Shown: one piece after another, positions 29,181-36,382 of the stretch
How positions within the stretch are numbered: the first letter of the stretch is position 1
How the letters are laid out: each line of letters begins with the position of its first letter
From: a virus
IMG/VR virus record: IMGVR_UViG_3300021963_005690
Location: 1-64,000 of that record
Length of the DNA stretch: 64,000 bases
Strand: one strand, 5' to 3'
Translations under genes and position numbers: made by a program
The notes under the pieces: model-generated
The model's database searches: none
Told to the model about the DNA's origin: nothing
The model's input: the letters and a program-made list of their open reading frames with translations, nothing else

Positions 29181-29614
29181 AATATATAGAATACTTAGAT
29201 TTACCACCAGTACCCGAAAACTTAATTGAATCAATTACGGATATCATTAATAAGCCACCTAAAGCTTATAGTACAGTACCGGCTGAATATAACTTTTTCA
29301 AAACTAGAAATGTTAATGATGATTTAGCAGAATGGTTACAATCTATAGTTGAATACAAAATATATCCACAATATCAATTAATATATAACGGTTTACCTAT
29401 ACATATAGATAACGGTAACAGAATTAATGCCTATAACTATTTGTTAGATACAGGAGGAAAAAATGTTAAAACGGTTGTGTATAATGAAAACTACAAACCA
29501 TTACAAATTGAACAGCTTGAGCTAAAAAGATGGCACCGTATTAATACGGGCATGTTACACGGTGTTCATGGAATTGAACCTGATAAAGTTAGAGTTGCTA
29601 TTAGCATAACATAA
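29177..29614 (+). CDS. cupin/2OG-Fe(II) oxygenase-like protein
   Basis: LPIHID ... WH.I....HGV ... R.AIS. Confidence 0.55.
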   Translation: MKYIEYLDLPPVPENLIESITDIINKPPKAYSTVPAEYNFFKTRNVNDDLAEWLQSIVEYKIYPQYQLIYNGLPIHIDNGNRINAYNYLLDTGGKNVKTVVYNENYKPLQIEQLELKRWHRINTGMLHGVHGIEPDKVRVAISIT

Positions 29615-29632
29615 TCATTTATTTGTGCATAA

Positions 29633-29719
29633 AGCATATTGAAACACACTAACTACCTTGGTATGTACTAAAGTTCAATGAACCGCTACGACCCAATCTT
29701 TAATGTATTTCAATATGCT
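29633..29719 (-). ncRNA. long-stem-enclosed small RNA candidate
   Basis: about 20 bp terminal inverted repeat with G-U pairs on the minus strand. Confidence 0.45.
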
Positions 29720-29914
29720 CTGCATCCCCCGGCGGTAATTATAGTACAGAAAGATATGACGCTATCATACCCCTCACTCGTACCTTCCACCCGCTTCCCG
29801 ACAGGGACCGTTCTCGCATTGCTAGCGGCCTTTGGGTTTAAAGACTACCACCCGTAGTTGTCACACTACTTCTCATCGTGCGGGTCACACTATCCGAAGA
29901 CACTCGGAACGTTC
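29720..29914 (-). ncRNA. unidentified GC-rich structured RNA
   Basis: multiple hairpins plus long-range ACCCGC/GCGGGT pairing. Confidence 0.55.
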
Positions 29915-29929
29915 TTTTATAAATACAGT

Positions 29930-30112
29930 ATGGAACTACAAAACTGTATTGATGTTGTTGAAAAGTTGTTGCGTCAAAACAACCGTAAATATAAAGATAG
30001 CCACGAACAATTATTATATGAACGAGGCTACCTTACTGGTTTACTAGCTAGGATGATGAGTGATGACCCTCACATTTTACATCAAGTCATAAACAAAGCA
30101 AACCATCGCTAA
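29930..30112 (+). CDS. small hypothetical protein (60 aa)
   Basis: TATAAATA 4 nt upstream of ATG 29930. Confidence 0.55.
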   Translation: MELQNCIDVVEKLLRQNNRKYKDSHEQLLYERGYLTGLLARMMSDDPHILHQVINKANHR

Positions 30113-30113
30113 T

Positions 30114-30205
30114 TGGTGGAGACGGTGAGATTCGAACTCACGGTACATATTACTACATACGACAGGTTAGCAACCTGCTGCCTTAGGCCACTCGGCCACG
30201 TCTCC
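30114..30205 (-). tRNA. tRNA-Ser(GCT)
   Basis: long variable arm, loop TTGCTAA, CCA. Confidence 0.93.
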
Positions 30206-30211
30206 TATGTT

Positions 30212-30289
30212 TGGTGCCTCCACCTGGACTCGAACCAGGAACCTAGCGATTATGAGTCGCTTGCAACTAACCAATTGTGCTATAGAGGC
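30212..30289 (-). tRNA. tRNA-Ile2(CAT) (lysidine type; Met not excluded)
   Basis: anticodon arm AGCGA-CTCATAA-TCGCT typical of Ile2. Confidence 0.75.
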
Positions 30290-30294
30290 AATAA

Positions 30295-30909
30295 TCAAAT
30301 ACTCAACTCAAATTTATTTCGTTGAATATTTATTATATCTTGTTTTTGAACTACTAACAACTGTTCTGGGAATTGTACCCACTTTGCGGTGTCTCGTTCA
30401 GTCTTATATCCTTTGACTTCTACATACACTTTTTTTTCAGGCAAATAGAAATCAGGGAAATATGTTCTGGAGCCATTCCATTCATACGGAAATCCTTTTG
30501 TATTCCTAATACAAGGAATATTATTAGCGAGACACCATTTATAAAAATTAAGTTCCCAATTTCCTTGAAATTTAATTCCATTAAAAATAATTTGCTTTAC
30601 TCTTCCCCTATTAGAAGATGAGTATGCTTCTGGATTATTTTCAACTGCTTGTTTCATACTTGATGACAGTTTATTTTTAGATTCGTCAGACCAAACTCTA
30701 TTACGATTTGAATTACGAATAATATCTCTGCCTGTTTCCGTCATAGGAGTAGCAGTGCCTTTAATAAACTGATTACTACCTTGTTTCCCTAACATCCCCA
30801 TTGATGCTTTTTTAACTTTAGCATCAGGATTAGATTTACAATACAGTTCGTGTTGAGCCTTACTGTTGGGTGATTTTTCATCACGGTTACAAAAATTACA
30901 TTTTAACAT
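30295..30909 (-). CDS. PD-(D/E)xK-type endonuclease, probable homing endonuclease
   Basis: N-terminal Zn-finger-like CxxC..H...C; YFPDFYLP...YVEVKG. Confidence 0.75.
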   Translation of the reverse strand: MLKCNFCNRDEKSPNSKAQHELYCKSNPDAKVKKASMGMLGKQGSNQFIKGTATPMTETGRDIIRNSNRNRVWSDESKNKLSSSMKQAVENNPEAYSSSNRGRVKQIIFNGIKFQGNWELNFYKWCLANNIPCIRNTKGFPYEWNGSRTYFPDFYLPEKKVYVEVKGYKTERDTAKWVQFPEQLLVVQKQDIINIQRNKFELSI

Positions 30910-30952
30910 AAATGTATTTAGTCCTAAAGTTCATTGCTCTAACCTTCTATTT

Positions 30953-31037
30953 TGGTGCGAGTGCCCGGAATCGAACCGGGATGCCGTTAAGCGAGAGATT
31001 TTAAGTCTCTTGTGTCTACCTATTTCACCACACTCGC
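30953..31037 (-). tRNA. tRNA-Leu(TAA)
   Basis: long variable arm, loop CTTAAAA, CCA. Confidence 0.95.
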
Positions 31038-31097
31038 ATTATTGTTATCATTATATATCATACAATGATTGTAGTCAAATAATTTGGTCAACTAACT

Positions 31098-31172
31098 TGG
31101 CGGTCCCAGCGGGTAACGATCCCGCTCCTCATGCGTGACAGGCATGTATGCGTCCATGAACACTTTGAGACC
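31098..31172 (-). tRNA. tRNA-Asp(GTC)
   Basis: loop CTGTCAC, G73, CCA; atypical T-loop ATCGTTA. Confidence 0.88.
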
Positions 31173-31245
31173 TAACACTGAATAGGACACCCCTTTGGCC
31201 TAGGTCGTTTAAGAGTACGCCTGCCCAGCGACTCTCCTATATTCT

Positions 31246-31330
31246 TGGTGGAGATTACTGGGATCGAACCAGTCGTGCTATAAAGCGGCGGATTTACAAT
31301 CCACTGCATCACCATTGATGCTTCATCTCC
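31246..31330 (-). tRNA. tRNA-Tyr(GTA)
   Basis: long variable arm, loop TTGTAAA, CCA. Confidence 0.92.
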
Positions 31331-31404
31331 AAGATGAGTTACGGTTGCAAGACCTAGTGTCTCATTACTGAGAGAAGTGTCAGGGCGATGTAACTCAAAA
31401 AATT

Positions 31405-31594
31405 AGTATAAGCTACTGGGTTCCACGCCAGCCCTTAATTGAGCGGTTACTCTGTCCATCTCTTTTATTCTAACGTCTGTGTGCAGAGAGATACTGCCTA
31501 TCAGATTCAGAGGATTTCCCTCGCTAACGGTCTTCTGCCACCGGAACTCTATCGCTATTCAAACGCTATTTTAACGAAAATAGTAACGGGATTC
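31405..31594 (-). ncRNA. structured ncRNA, manA-motif-like (copy B)
   Basis: GAATCCCGTT ... AGAATAAA ... ATGGACAGAGTAACCGCTCA ... GGGCT...AGTAGC. Confidence 0.55.
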
Positions 31595-31596
31595 TT

Positions 31597-31671
31597 TGGA
31601 AGAGCATAGGAGAATCGAACTCCTCTTCTTAGGATGAAAACCTAATGTCCTAACCGATAGACGAATGCTCC
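31597..31671 (-). tRNA. tRNA-Glu(TTC)
   Basis: loop TTTTCAT, CCA. Confidence 0.9.
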
Positions 31672-31672
31672 A

Positions 31673-31800
31673 TGTTATTAGTTTTGCTGACGCACTATTT
31701 GCTATGCTCAACGGAATTGCCAGCTGGACGTACCGTTTATATACATAGTTAGTTAGAGTTGACGTTTACTCAGGCGCTTACATCAGCAAAACTAATAACA
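31673..31800 (-). ncRNA. long-stem-enclosed small RNA candidate
   Basis: perfect 18-bp inverted repeat TGTTATTAGTTTTGCTGA/TCAGCAAAACTAATAACA. Confidence 0.5.
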
Positions 31801-31801
31801 C

Positions 31802-32009
31802 ACTATATGAAAACACACTATGGGAACTACACTTCTAATATAAGACCGTCTCTTATATTTTTAGTTTTGTCATTACTTCCTACATACTCCGTCGCTTCTC
31901 CAGAGCCTAAGCCCCTATTTCATGTACTTAGCTTGAGCGTGGGCGGCCCCACAGTCCTCGCCTTAAGTACCTAACGGTGTAGGTAACCCTTAATATGTTT
32001 ACATATAGT
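31802..32009 (-). ncRNA. long-stem-enclosed structured RNA candidate (about 208 nt)
   Basis: terminal stem plus nested stems CCTACA/TGTAGG, CCGT/ACGG, GTACTTA/TAAGTAC. Confidence 0.5.
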
Positions 32010-32045
32010 CCCTGTAACTTAAACAGGGCTATATGATAACTTAAC

Positions 32046-32057
32046 TTTTTAAAGAAC
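32046..32057 (-). promoter_or_regulatory. boxA-like antitermination element
   Basis: GTTCTTTAAAAA downstream of promoter and a short hairpin. Confidence 0.55.
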
Positions 32058-32095
32058 TCTTTGCAACTGACTCTATCGTTTGTTGCTATGTGTCT

Positions 32096-32124
32096 ATTAT
32101 AACACCGTTTTGATTAATTGTCAA
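32096..32124 (-). promoter_or_regulatory. sigma70 promoter inside tRNA array (P2-like)
   Basis: TTGACA-17 nt-TATAAT. Confidence 0.8.
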
Positions 32125-32177
32125 ATTCTTTTTTGTGTCTCTGTTTCCAAGAACTTCTTCAATCAATCTATACATAG

Positions 32178-32206
32178 AGTATAGCACTATTTGGATTTAT
32201 TGTCAA
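32178..32206 (-). promoter_or_regulatory. sigma70 promoter inside tRNA array (P1-like)
   Basis: TTGACA-17 nt-TATACT. Confidence 0.75.
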
Positions 32207-32235
32207 ACTATTAGTTGTTGTAAATAAACAACATT

Positions 32236-32310
32236 TGGTCCGGGGTACAGGAATCGAACCTGTATTGACTGCTTAGAAGGCAGCTGTATTATCCATTATA
32301 CTAACCCCAG
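32236..32310 (-). tRNA. tRNA-Arg(TCT)
   Basis: loop CTTCTAA, CCA. Confidence 0.93.
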
Positions 32311-32379
32311 ATAAATTTTCAACTTGTCTCTATTGAAGTAGAATTTTGATTTATTGTCAACCTATTACTAAATATCTCT

Positions 32380-33009
32380 ATGATATCATTGTTAAACTTA
32401 CCCAAACCATCTAATGCGGTGTTAGATATGGTCACTCATAACATCAATACATTACAAATAAACAACTCCTCAAAAAAATATTTTGATGGTTCTCAACACA
32501 ATAAAATGAACTGTATTGCAGGTCAAACCTTTGTATGCGATATTCCTATATATTTACAACTTTTTAAAGAGTTTAAATTTTATATTACTGATAGATTTCA
32601 AGCTAGTATTGGCATATTTAAAAATGTTGATACTAGTAAACTATCGTACTTGCCACCGCATATTGATAATGTACGAACACTAAGTTTAAATTATGTTATT
32701 AGTGAAGGAGGAAAAAATGTATTGACTACTATGTACAAAACTACTGCACAAAACGTAACTAAAAGTGCTATTCAAATGGAACTATATGACAATTTAGAAA
32801 TAGATGTTGCAGTAAAAACAGTTGCTAATAACTGGTATGCAATAGATATTCAAAACTATCATAGTGTTGACCATATTGAAAATCAACGTGTTATTCTAAC
32901 GTTAAGTTTTAATCATATAAACTATGATTATTTTACAAGCAAATATGAACATTTGCTTGTAAAAGATTGGCTCCCCAGGATGGGATCGAACCACCGACAC
33001 CCTGATTAA
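32380..33009 (+). CDS. cupin/2OG-Fe(II) oxygenase-like protein
   Basis: LPPHID ... NY..GG ... WY.ID....HSV; related to 29177-29614. Confidence 0.55.
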   Translation: MISLLNLPKPSNAVLDMVTHNINTLQINNSSKKYFDGSQHNKMNCIAGQTFVCDIPIYLQLFKEFKFYITDRFQASIGIFKNVDTSKLSYLPPHIDNVRTLSLNYVISEGGKNVLTTMYKTTAQNVTKSAIQMELYDNLEIDVAVKTVANNWYAIDIQNYHSVDHIENQRVILTLSFNHINYDYFTSKYEHLLVKDWLPRMGSNHRHPD

Positions 33010-33043
33010 CAGTCAGGTGCAACTGCCGCTGTGCTACTGGGGA
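32968..33043 (-). tRNA. tRNA-Asn(GTT)
   Basis: loop CTGTTAA, CCA. Confidence 0.93.
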
Positions 33044-33050
33044 ATAAATT

Positions 33051-33131
33051 TGGGGCAGGGTTCAAACCTACCGCGTTACATACCGTTATCGTTGTAACTC
33101 TGCACTATGTTATAGCCATTGTGTGCCTGCG
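33051..33131 (-). ncRNA. tRNA-like three-hairpin element
   Basis: ends in T-arm-like GGTAGG-TTTGAAC-CCTGCC followed by CCA. Confidence 0.4.
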
Positions 33132-33137
33132 TTTTCT

Positions 33138-33212
33138 TGGTGCCCCAGGTTAGAATCGAACTAACTACCTACCGCTTACAAGGCGGGTGCTCTACCAGTG
33201 AGCTACAAGGGC
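33138..33212 (-). tRNA. tRNA-Thr(TGT)
   Basis: loop CTTGTAA, CCA. Confidence 0.93.
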
Positions 33213-33237
33213 ATTGTTTATTTAATAGTATTATACA

Positions 33238-33798
33238 CTAGCTTAATAATATTCTACTATGTTTTGGAACACCTGCTAACAAATATTCCATTTGGTCAGC
33301 AAGAATTGTTCTATGTTGTAGAATCATATTCTCGTAGTGATTAGGTACATAAGGTGTATATAGTAATTCCATACGCACTTCTTTCAAACTCTTATGTCCT
33401 TTTTTGCTGTTACAATCTTTACATGCTGTAACAACATTCATCCAAGTGTTTTCACCGCCCTTACTTCTAGGGACAATGTGGTCACGACTTAATAGATGAT
33501 AGTTAGGAAAGTGTTCGCCGCAATAAGCACATACATGTCTATCACGACCAAACAATGTTTTATTAGTTAGTGCTACACATGAGTGTTTGTATGGATTAAA
33601 TCCGTGACCTTTGATAGCAATGATACTACTAGCTTCTAAGTAACTTAGTGTACCGTCATTTTGTATGCCACCACGATATCTAGCCACAATATTACCCATT
33701 GACCATGCTATGGCATCTTTTGCTTTATAGGTAATTGCGTCATCATTTGAGATCCATTGCCGGGGAACTCCCGAGATATCTAGTGCTAATACTGACAC
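33238..33798 (-). CDS. HNH endonuclease family protein
   Basis: LFGRD...CAYCG..SRDHIVP.SKGG..W.NVVTAC..CN..KG; SD AAGGAG. Confidence 0.9.
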   Translation of the reverse strand: MSVLALDISGVPRQWISNDDAITYKAKDAIAWSMGNIVARYRGGIQNDGTLSYLEASSIIAIKGHGFNPYKHSCVALTNKTLFGRDRHVCAYCGEHFPNYHLLSRDHIVPRSKGGENTWMNVVTACKDCNSKKGHKSLKEVRMELLYTPYVPNHYENMILQHRTILADQMEYLLAGVPKHSRILLS

Positions 33799-33848
33799 GA
33801 CAAACTCCTTAAAAAAAAGATAAATAAGTATATCACAAAGGGTACACT

Positions 33849-34514
33849 ATGTCTATTTACACAGGTAACAATTATAGAAAAATTTATGAGTCACACTTTG
33901 GTCCCATACCAAAAGACGACCAGGAAAGATCATATGAAATACATCACATTGATGGTAATCGCAAAAATAATGACCCTTCAAATCTACAGTGCCTCGCTAT
34001 TCAAGAGCATTATAACATACATTTTAATCAATCAGATTGGGGCGCATGTTATTTAATTGCTAGAAAAATGAAACTGTCGCCAGAAGAATTGTCAACCTTA
34101 TCTAAAAAAGTTAATCAACAAAGAATACAAACAGGCGAACATCAATTCTGTGGGGATAAGAACCCGCAAAAACAAGAATATAATCGTATTAAATCATCTA
34201 AGAAGATGAAAGCACAATATGAAACAGTTTGGAAAAATAATCCTGAAAACAAAAAAATGCGCTCAGTGTGGGGCAAAAAAGGTTCTGAATTTATGAAGTC
34301 TGCTGAAGGTAGATTACTGGCTTCTAGCAAAACACAATCAAAAAATCCAAATTACGACCATACGATTCTCACATTTGAACACACTGAAACAAATACACAA
34401 TTCACAGGAACTATGTACGACTTTAGAACAAAATTCATGTTACGACAGTCATCAGTGAGTATGGTTGTTGCCGGTAAGCGACAAACAGTTTCTGGTTGGA
34501 AACTTGTCATCTGA
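33849..34514 (+). CDS. HNH homing endonuclease
   Basis: YRKIYE.H.GPIP..YEIHHIDGN..NN...NL....EH..IH; C-terminal HTH-like GW motif. Confidence 0.85.
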   Translation: MSIYTGNNYRKIYESHFGPIPKDDQERSYEIHHIDGNRKNNDPSNLQCLAIQEHYNIHFNQSDWGACYLIARKMKLSPEELSTLSKKVNQQRIQTGEHQFCGDKNPQKQEYNRIKSSKKMKAQYETVWKNNPENKKMRSVWGKKGSEFMKSAEGRLLASSKTQSKNPNYDHTILTFEHTETNTQFTGTMYDFRTKFMLRQSSVSMVVAGKRQTVSGWKLVI

Positions 34515-34539
34515 CTGTCTACATTTATTTAATGCCAAG

Positions 34540-34614
34540 TGGCGGGTCCTGTAGGAATTGAACCCACATCCCGAAGTTCGAAGCATCGTATTCTATCCAT
34601 TGAACTAAGGACCC
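34540..34614 (-). tRNA. tRNA-Arg(TCG)
   Basis: loop CTTCGAA, one mismatch in anticodon stem, CCA. Confidence 0.85.
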
Positions 34615-34770
34615 GATAAAGGTGGGAGCCTAACTATCTTATTGTTAGTAAGCCTCGTTAGATTGTCTCGTATAGGCAAGTTTACACACCCGTCAATCAT
34701 ACTATAGTGTCATCACAGTTAACCCCACTGTGACTAGATTGACAGGGACTCAAACCTATCGTCTATCCCA
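34615..34770 (-). ncRNA. unidentified structured RNA candidate
   Basis: nested stems CTGTCAATC/GATTGACGG and TCACAGT/ACTGTGA; no ORF. Confidence 0.4.
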
Positions 34771-34774
34771 TAAC

Positions 34775-34848
34775 TGGCAGAGGGTACAAGAATCGAACTT
34801 GTGATCTCGGAATCAAAATCCGATGTTATGCCATTTAACTAACCCCCA
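34775..34848 (-). tRNA. tRNA-Gln(TTG)
   Basis: loop TTTTGAT, G73, CCA. Confidence 0.92.
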
Positions 34849-34865
34849 ATAATCTTGCTAAATAA

Positions 34866-35501
34866 TTGATGTTTAATATTACAAAAACCCCAATCTTAAT
34901 TATTTCATCACCTAGAACAGGAAGTTCAGTGTTAGGTTCATATCTACAAACTTTGTGTGACGTGCCTTACTTTAAAGAACCTGATTACACCGGCGGCAAA
35001 GAAATGACTGACTTTTATGATTATTTCTCTCAGTCAAAAAACTTTATTCTTAAATTCCATTATATCCATTTAAATAGATACAGAAGCGATATATCCAATT
35101 ATCTTATTGAAAATTCTTATAAAATAAGAATTAGAAGAAAAAATATTGTTGAACAAATTGCAAGTTTTTACATTGCGACTGAAAGAGATTTTAAGTGGCA
35201 TTTTAGAAACACCGATCAACTAAATTTAGTTGACACTCTTAACATTGATATAGCAAAAATTAAACAAAATATTTTATATATTAAATACGCAAATTATAGA
35301 TTAAACTCAGCACCTATTAAGTTTGATTTAGACTTATATTACGAAGACTTACCCAAAATAAATGATGTAAATTATTATATTGTTCCTAAACCTTCTAACT
35401 ATAATGAGTTGTTATCTACGATAACAGAATTGGTACCGCCACCTGGATTTGAACCAGAGACCTACGCCTTATCAAGGCGGTGCTCTACCACTGAGCTATA
35501 G
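34866..35501 (+). CDS. sulfotransferase-fold (Stf0-like) protein
   Basis: SSPRTGSS PAPS-binding loop, R.NIVEQIAS, YYEDL. Confidence 0.6.
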   Translation: MMFNITKTPILIISSPRTGSSVLGSYLQTLCDVPYFKEPDYTGGKEMTDFYDYFSQSKNFILKFHYIHLNRYRSDISNYLIENSYKIRIRRKNIVEQIASFYIATERDFKWHFRNTDQLNLVDTLNIDIAKIKQNILYIKYANYRLNSAPIKFDLDLYYEDLPKINDVNYYIVPKPSNYNELLSTITELVPPPGFEPETYALSRRCSTTEL

Positions 35502-35505
35502 CGGT
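35431..35505 (-). tRNA. tRNA-Ile(GAT)
   Basis: loop TTGATAA, CCA. Confidence 0.93.
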
Positions 35506-35509
35506 GAAT

Positions 35510-35584
35510 TGGTGGATGTAAGTAGATTTGAACTACTAACCTATTCCGTATGAAGGAATTGCACTACCCTTGTGCTATACATCC
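35510..35584 (-). tRNA. tRNA-Met(CAT), elongator type
   Basis: loop TTCATAC, paired 1:72, CCA. Confidence 0.85.
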
Positions 35585-35585
35585 A

Positions 35586-35662
35586 TGGGGTGCTTGATGG
35601 GATTTGAACCCACGCATATCGGAATCACAATCCGAGGTCTTAACCGCTTGACGACAAGCACC
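35586..35662 (-). tRNA. tRNA-His(GTG)
   Basis: G-1:C73, loop TTGTGAT, CCA. Confidence 0.93.
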
Positions 35663-35668
35663 GTATAT

Positions 35669-35760
35669 TGGTAGAAACGGTGAGATTCGAACTCACGGGA
35701 CCATTGCTGATCCGTCTGATTTCAAGTCAGGTGCATTAAACCGGGCTCTGCCACGTTTCC
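35669..35760 (-). tRNA. tRNA-Ser(TGA)
   Basis: long variable arm, loop CTTGAAA, CCA. Confidence 0.93.
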
Positions 35761-35768
35761 TTTTATTA

Positions 35769-35844
35769 TGGTAGGACCAGGGCGGTTCGAACGCCCGACC
35801 AACGGATTAAAAGTCCGCTGCTCTACCGACTGAGCTATGGTCCC
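35769..35844 (-). tRNA. tRNA-Lys(TTT)
   Basis: loop CTTTTAA, CCA. Confidence 0.95.
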
Positions 35845-35850
35845 ATATAT

Positions 35851-35927
35851 TGGTGCGACCGGAAGGACTTGAACCTCCGACTCCCTATTTCGTAGACAGG
35901 TACTCTAATCCACTGAGTTACGGTCGC
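35851..35927 (-). tRNA. tRNA-Arg(ACG)
   Basis: loop CTACGAA, CCA. Confidence 0.93.
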
Positions 35928-36008
35928 ATTCTAAAACACACATAGTACACTCTAGTCATCAAAGTTGCCCTCTTGGCCTTATTTTCCACTATGTATGCTT
36001 TAGAATGC
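35926..36008 (-). ncRNA. long-stem-enclosed small RNA candidate
   Basis: about 21 bp terminal stem GCATTCTAAAGCATACATAGT/ACTATGTGTGTTTTAGAATGC. Confidence 0.45.
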
Positions 36009-36153
36009 CGTGTATCTCTACACGACATGATAGGGTCAATACCCTACCCAGTAGTCTTACTAACATGTTGTCTCCATGCTTTCATATATACTGTCCGCCC
36101 ATTCTATACATTTTGCGCTGTATTACGGCTCTCGTTGCCTATTCACGCTGTCA

Positions 36154-36321
36154 TCAATCAGTGTAAGTCAGTTGGTTAACTTTCTTAGTAGCCTCATGAT
36201 GGACTCTAGCACGTTCAAGTTTATTTTCTATCAACTGTGCTACTTGTTCCTTAGTCAAAACATGATTGCTAAACCAATCTTGTTTGTTTTCAGAAGTTTT
36301 GTATTGTATCTGTTCATCCAT
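36154..36321 (-). CDS. small hypothetical protein (55 aa, MDEQIQYK...)
   Basis: translated by hand; directly downstream of the attenuator terminator. Confidence 0.35.
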   Translation of the reverse strand: MDEQIQYKTSENKQDWFSNHVLTKEQVAQLIENKLERARVHHEATKKVNQLTYTD

Positions 36322-36331
36322 TTATTGTCAA
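36303..36331 (-). promoter_or_regulatory. sigma70 early promoter downstream of the terminator
   Basis: TTGACA-ataaatggatgaacaga-TACAAT. Confidence 0.7.
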
Positions 36332-36342
36332 ATCCTCTCTGT

Positions 36343-36382
36343 AAAAGCAAAAACCCCTGAGACTTTTTAGTTCCCAGGGGTT
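36343..36382 (-). terminator. intrinsic terminator of putative attenuator
   Basis: AACCCCTGGGAACT-AAAA-AGTCTCAGGGGTT followed by TTTGCTTTT. Confidence 0.85.

Noticed and set aside
29720-29914. tmRNA, RNase P or SRP RNA identity
   Set aside because: No tRNA-Ala-like ends, no GAGGAAAGUCC-type P4 motif and no SRP domain IV motif.
31802-32009. 6S RNA
   Set aside because: Size and closing stem are compatible, but the interior looks branched and I cannot identify 6S consensus elements; kept as unidentified.
27386-36360. Short plus-strand ORFs overlapping tRNAs/ncRNAs (27386, 27596, 27851, 30113, 30207, 30866, 31759, 35973, 36076)
   Set aside because: Antisense read-outs of RNA genes with no protein motifs or initiation signals.
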